Shown here: one piece after another, positions 58,965 to 64,000 of the stretch
Numbering within the stretch: position 1 is the first letter of the stretch
How the letters are laid out: each line of letters begins with the position of its first letter
DNA from: Macrostomum lignano
Taxonomy: Eukaryota
Assembly (NCBI GenBank): GCA_002269645.1
Contig: NIVC01000067.1
Coordinates: forward strand, 186,001 to 250,000
Direction: 5' to 3'
Length of the DNA: 64,000 nt
The notes under the pieces: generated by a model
The model's input: only the letters and a program-made list of their open reading frames with translations
Database searches by the model: none
Told to the model about the DNA's origin: nothing
Program-made: the position numbers and the translations under genes

Positions 58965-60585
58965 AGACTGCCAGAGGTTGGCGCCCCCCCCCCCCGACCT
59001 GACTGCCAGAGGTTGGCGCCCCCCGACCTGACTGCCAGAGGTTGGCGCCCCCCCCCCCCGACCTGACTGCCAGAGGTTGGCGCCCCCCCCCCCCGACCTG
59101 ACTGCCAGAGGTTGGCGCCCCCCCCCCCGACCTGACTGCCAGAGGTTGGCGCCCCCCGACCTGACTGCCAGAGGTTGGCGCCCCCCGACCTGACTGCCAG
59201 AGGTTGGCGCCCCCCCCCCGACCTGACTGCCAGAGGTTGGCGCCCCCGACCTGACTGCCAGAGGTTGGCGCCCCCCCCCCGACCTGACTGCCAGAGGTTG
59301 GCGCCCCCCCCCCCCGACCTGACTGCCAGAGGTTGGCGCCCCCCGACCTGACTGCCAGAGGTTGGCGCCCCCCCGACCTGACTGCCAGAGGTTGGCGCCC
59401 CCCGACCTGACTGCCAGAGACTGGCGCCCCCTGACCTGACTGTTAGAGACTGGCGCCCCCTGACCTGACTGTTAGACTGGCGCCCCCTGACCTGACTGTT
59501 CGAGACTGGCGCCCCCCGACCTGACTGCCAGAGGTTGGCGCCCCCCGACCTGACTGCCAGAGGTTGGCGCCCCCCCCCCGACCTGACTGCCAGAGGTTGG
59601 CGCCCCCCGACCTGACTGCCAGAGGTTGGCGCCCCCCCCCCCCCGACCTGACTGCCAGAGGTTGGCGCCCCCCCCCCCGACCTGACTGCCAGAGGTTGGC
59701 GCCCCCGACCTGACTGCCAGAGGTTGGCGCCCCCCCGACCTGACTGCCAGAGGTTGGCGCCCCCCGACCTGACTGCCAGAGACTGGCGCCCCCTGACCTG
59801 ACTGTTAGAGACTGGCGCCCCCTGACCTGACTGTTAGACTGGCGCCCCCTGACCTGACTGTTCGAGACTGGCGCCCCCTGACCTCACTGATAGAGACTGG
59901 CGCCCCCTGACCTGACTGTTAGACTGGCGCCCCCTGACCTGACTGTTCGAGACTGGCGCCCCCTGACCTCACTGATAGAGACTGGCGCCCCCTGACCTGA
60001 CTGTTAGAGACTGGCGCCCCCTGACCTGACTTTTAGAGACTGGCGCCCCCTGACCGGACACTCAGATTGGCGCCTCTCTGACCTGACACTCAGATTGGCG
60101 CCTCTCTGACCTGACACTCAGATTGGCGCCTCTCTGACCTGACACTCAGATTGGCGCCTCTCTGAATGACACTAAGATTGGCGCCTCTCTGACCTGACAC
60201 TCAGATTGGCGCCTCTCTGACCTGACACTCAGATTGGCGCCTCTCCGGCCTGACACTCAGATTGGCGCCCCCACATCTAAGATTGGCGCCCCAAACCTAA
60301 GATTGGCGCCCCCACACCTAAGATTGGCGCCCCCACACCTAAGATTGGCACCCCGCCCCCACACGGCCACACCTAAGATTTGCGTCCCACACCTAAGATT
60401 GGCGCCCCGCCCCCACACGGCCACACCTAAGATTGGCGCCCCACACCTAAGATTGGCGCCCCCACCCACACCTAAGATTGGCGCCCCACCCACACCTAAG
60501 ATTGGCGCCCCCACCCACACCTAAGATTGGCGCCCCCACACCTAAAATTGGCGCCCCGCCCACACACCTAAGATTGGCGCCCTCA
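58965..60585. repeat. TGGCGCC-core satellite with progressively changing unit
   Basis: Four successive unit types share the TGGCGCC core (see findings). Confidence 0.92.
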
Positions 60586-60821
60586 CACAGAAAATAGCTC
60601 CCCGTGACACCTGCATGTCAGCATGTAAATCTAAAAAACTCAAGCTTTAAACTGACCCCTAAAAAGTGTTCACTGTTAGAGTTCACTGTTAGTAGTGAAT
60701 TAAATAAATAAGCGCTTTCAAGGCCAAGCACTAACAAGCATTACTCTTGGCGTCTCGCAAACAATTCTCAATTCAATTAACTAAATTAGATAAGAACTTC
60801 AAATTAAAAGTACAAACTCAC

Positions 60822-60975
60822 CCAGATGACTGCTGCTAGACTGTCTTGCTCCGGTATCAATAACAGAGTCAGTTGGTGGCTTGGCAGCTTCAGCCACAGC
60901 AATATTGTGCAGATGAATAGTCAATGCAAGCAGCAATAGAATAAGAATGTCTCTTCTCGATTGAACTGAATCCAT
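60822..60975 (-). CDS. Isolated signal-peptide exon; candidate distal first exon of unc-5
   Basis: ATG at 60975 gives MDSVQSRRDILILLLLALTIHLHNIAVAEAAKPPTDSVIDTGARQSSSSHL, then a phase-1 donor G|GTGAGT at 60822/60821. CCAAT and GC-box motifs lie at about 61255-61355. Confidence 0.55.
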
Positions 60976-62454
60976 CCGTTCAGCTCGGATTTCGGAAATT
61001 AGCTCCGGATGGATTAGGCAGTTTAGGCAGCTTCTTCTTACTTCTGTGTATTTCGCTCGTCGCAAGTGGCGACACGCAGACAGAAATCCACCGCTTGTTT
61101 CGTGTAAATTTGTTGTCTTTTTTGTAAAAAGTAAAATTTCGCCGCCTTGAACGGAACTTGGGCCTTCTCCGGTTGTTTTATTATTATTTAGTCCGCCTGG
61201 CCTTCCTTCCTTCCTTACAAACCAACCCCCTTAGTCTAGCTTTTATTAGCCTGTCGCTATTGGCTCGGCTCACGCCTCCACCCCACACCCCCTAATTTTA
61301 ATAGACCCCGGCCCCAAACCCCTACCACCGCACGACCCCATAGCCTGGGGCGGGGCCTTCCTTTCTTGTAGAATGTTAAGGTTGGGCAGGCTCCAATTGG
61401 GACACTGGCAATTGTTTTGGCCGCAACCACAAGTAGAATTAAAACAAAGTTAAATTTCGATAAGATTATATTATAGTGGCATTAACATTTTAATTTGTAT
61501 AATTATTACTCGTGTCGCTGGCTCAGCCTAGCTGCACCTATATAATAAGTACAACGGATTATTATTAGTAAAATGTCCAACTTTAAATTTCGCACTGCAC
61601 TATTAGTACTACACAAAATAAAAAAAAAAATCCCCAGCTTGATAATATTGACAAGTAAACAGCGGCACAACTTTAGGTCGGCAAACTTAAAACCTGACCT
61701 CACCCAGCCTCAGGGGCTAGCACATGACTGCGGGAAGGAGAGGAGATGGAATAGAGGAGAGAGGAGAGGAGAAGAGAGAGGTGATTATTGCGAATGGTTG
61801 AGAAGAGATATAAACCTTGAGCTTGGATTGAAAATGGTGAAGTTTCCCTTGATTCACATAAATTAGTCGGTCAATTGGATTAGATATAAACACATGCAAC
61901 ATCAGAAAAGTCTTTTGATGTTGTTGATTTTCTTGCATAGTAACACGTCCAACAACACAACACCTAGCAGCATAGCAACTGCTAATGGACAAGAAAAAAA
62001 ACTTTCCAGTTTTAGCTTGCACGTGCTTCCTTAAATTGGGACGAAAGCATAGCAAGAATCCGGAAGCTTTTTTTAACCAAACGATACAGTTGTTATAACC
62101 ATTGAATATCGATAATGCTTGACACGGAAGAAACTATAATCTTCCTATTTCTCTTCTCATCTTTCTCCATTATCCCTTGACTGTATCAAGTTGTTGAATC
62201 CAAGAATCCCCTTCGTTACAAAAACACGAGTTAACGGACAGGCTGCACATGTAGGGGAAAGGCCAGGGGGGCAAGAGCTCCATCAAGTTATAAGCTGACC
62301 CAATTCCGTGACGATAATGAAGCAACTCGTCAGCTGATTTTGCTTCAACTTTCACACTTCATCACTTGCGGCCGCGGGTATCCACGCATGATATATGGGA
62401 CAATTCCAACAATTCCTCAAATTATTCAAAATCCATTCTTACACTCCCCACACC

Positions 62455-62790
62455 TCTCAAATCCATTCGATTACATTCCTCACACTTCTCAAAATCCATT
62501 CGATTACATTCCTCACACTTCTCAAATCCATTCGATTACATTCCTCACACTTCTCAAAATCCATTCGATTACATTCCTCACACTTCTCAAAATCCATTCG
62601 ATTACATTCCTCACATTTCTCAAAATCAATTCGATTACATTCCTCACACTTCTCAAAATCCATTCGATTACATTCCTCACACTTCTCAAAATCTATTCGA
62701 TTACATTCCTCACACTTCTCAAAATCCATTCGATTACATTCCTCACACTTCTCAAAATCTATTCGATTACATTCCTCACACCTCTAAAAA
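62455..62790. repeat. 33-bp minisatellite (AAAATCCATTCGATTACATTCCTCACACTTCTC)
   Basis: About 10 copies, direct reading. Confidence 0.93.
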
Positions 62791-64000
62791 TCCCCAATTC
62801 GTACCTTCCTGAAATTACTCAAAATTCATTCTTATACGTTTTATGCTTCAATGCGTTACATGATGCGTACATTATTATGGAGGTTCTTGACCAACCAAAA
62901 TTTTAAAAGCGAAGCACCGCTCCGTTTCTCTAAACCAACTTTGTAGTGCACGCCAGCCATGTCAAGTCAAAGTCAAAAGTGGATCGGAGTCAGCCAGTCT
63001 GCGTGGGACAAAACCCAGCATGTATATCGATACACAGTTGTGGAATGCCAATTGCAATGACCATCTGTTATATTAGCTAGCGGAGTTTGTTGGAATGCAG
63101 CTTTTAGCGACCATTGTAACCGACCTCGCCTTCTAGACCCCCAACCCCCAACCAATTTTCCTCTGGCTGCTTGCTGTTGTCCCCTCTTTCGAATTCTCCG
63201 CAGCCTCTTTTCCCATGGGATGGTTCTGCGATAGCCGCAGTCGAGATCCCCCTCCCCCCGAAGAACGCTCACTTGCATATTCCATGGGAGGAGGGCGGGG
63301 GTTCACTTTCCAGTCCAAGAGGGTGGGGCGGTTGGGAGAGGAAAACACACTTTTGCGCTTTGGGAAGCTGTAGCATCAAATTAGCGGATAAATCTATCAA
63401 TTCTTTGCTGTTTTTTTCCACTCTCCTGCAACCATCCCGGTGAGCGTCAACGGCCTCCCTTTCAGCTCCCTGTAGCTAAGAGAGAAGTGAGGTTAAAACC
63501 ACGATGGCTACGACGGAATCCCAAAACAGCAAAAGCTCCAATTAGAAATTTCCACTTCAAGCTGGCTAATAGTTAGCTACTAAAATGAGTTCCAGAACTT
63601 TAAAATCATTTTTTGGCTTGTCGTTGGAACAACAACGAAACAATTATGCCCTTAGGCAAGCAGCTGATTTTCACAAATCAAATTGAGCAACCAAAAATGG
63701 CTAAAATAAACTTATTCGAAAAAACATCATCATTGTTCCTAATCCTGAGCATAATAATTTACATTATGTCCCAATATGAATCATGTCTGCCAGACCCACA
63801 TCATAGTCTGACAGTCTATTCTAGTAGTCATGTTTTAAACCTCCAAATGCGGGTGGGGTCACCCTCCGAAGTCTATATGTATAAGCTCTCTCTATTTGAA
63901 AGCCAAAACAATAAATTACACGTTATGTATTATAGAAATTCTGCCGTGTTCTGCCAGACAGGGCTCCCGGCCCGTTAGACTCAACTTCACCTGCAATAGG

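Overview
Eukaryotic (animal) genomic DNA with spliced genes. The compact GT-AG introns and dense micro- and minisatellites resemble a flatworm such as Macrostomum, but this is an unverified inference. 1-24 kb: a cluster of three paralogous ionotropic glutamate receptor (iGluR)-family genes, each with an amino-terminal domain (ATD). Copy A is on the minus strand and runs off the window start. Copy B is on the plus strand and has lost its start codon and signal peptide. Copy C is on the plus strand, intact, with 12 exons and 838 aa. The three copies are nearly identical at DNA level in the ATD and pore exons but diverge in the ligand-binding exons, signal peptides and promoters. A full-length BEL/Pao LTR retrotransposon (9130-15959) sits in the 3' UTR of copy B; it has identical 306-bp LTRs, an ATGAT target-site duplication (TSD), a tRNA-iMet primer-binding site (PBS) and two disabling lesions. 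24-28 kb: a tRNA-derived SINE and two CAC...GTG MITEs with 8-bp TSDs. 28.4-47 kb: a complete 12-exon unc-5 netrin receptor gene on the minus strand, with tandem-repeat arrays in 9 of its 11 introns. 47-64 kb: mostly satellite-rich non-coding DNA, plus an isolated signal-peptide exon at 60.8-61.0 kb that is splice-compatible with unc-5. All exon models were built by hand from splice sites and reading frame; no database searches were run.
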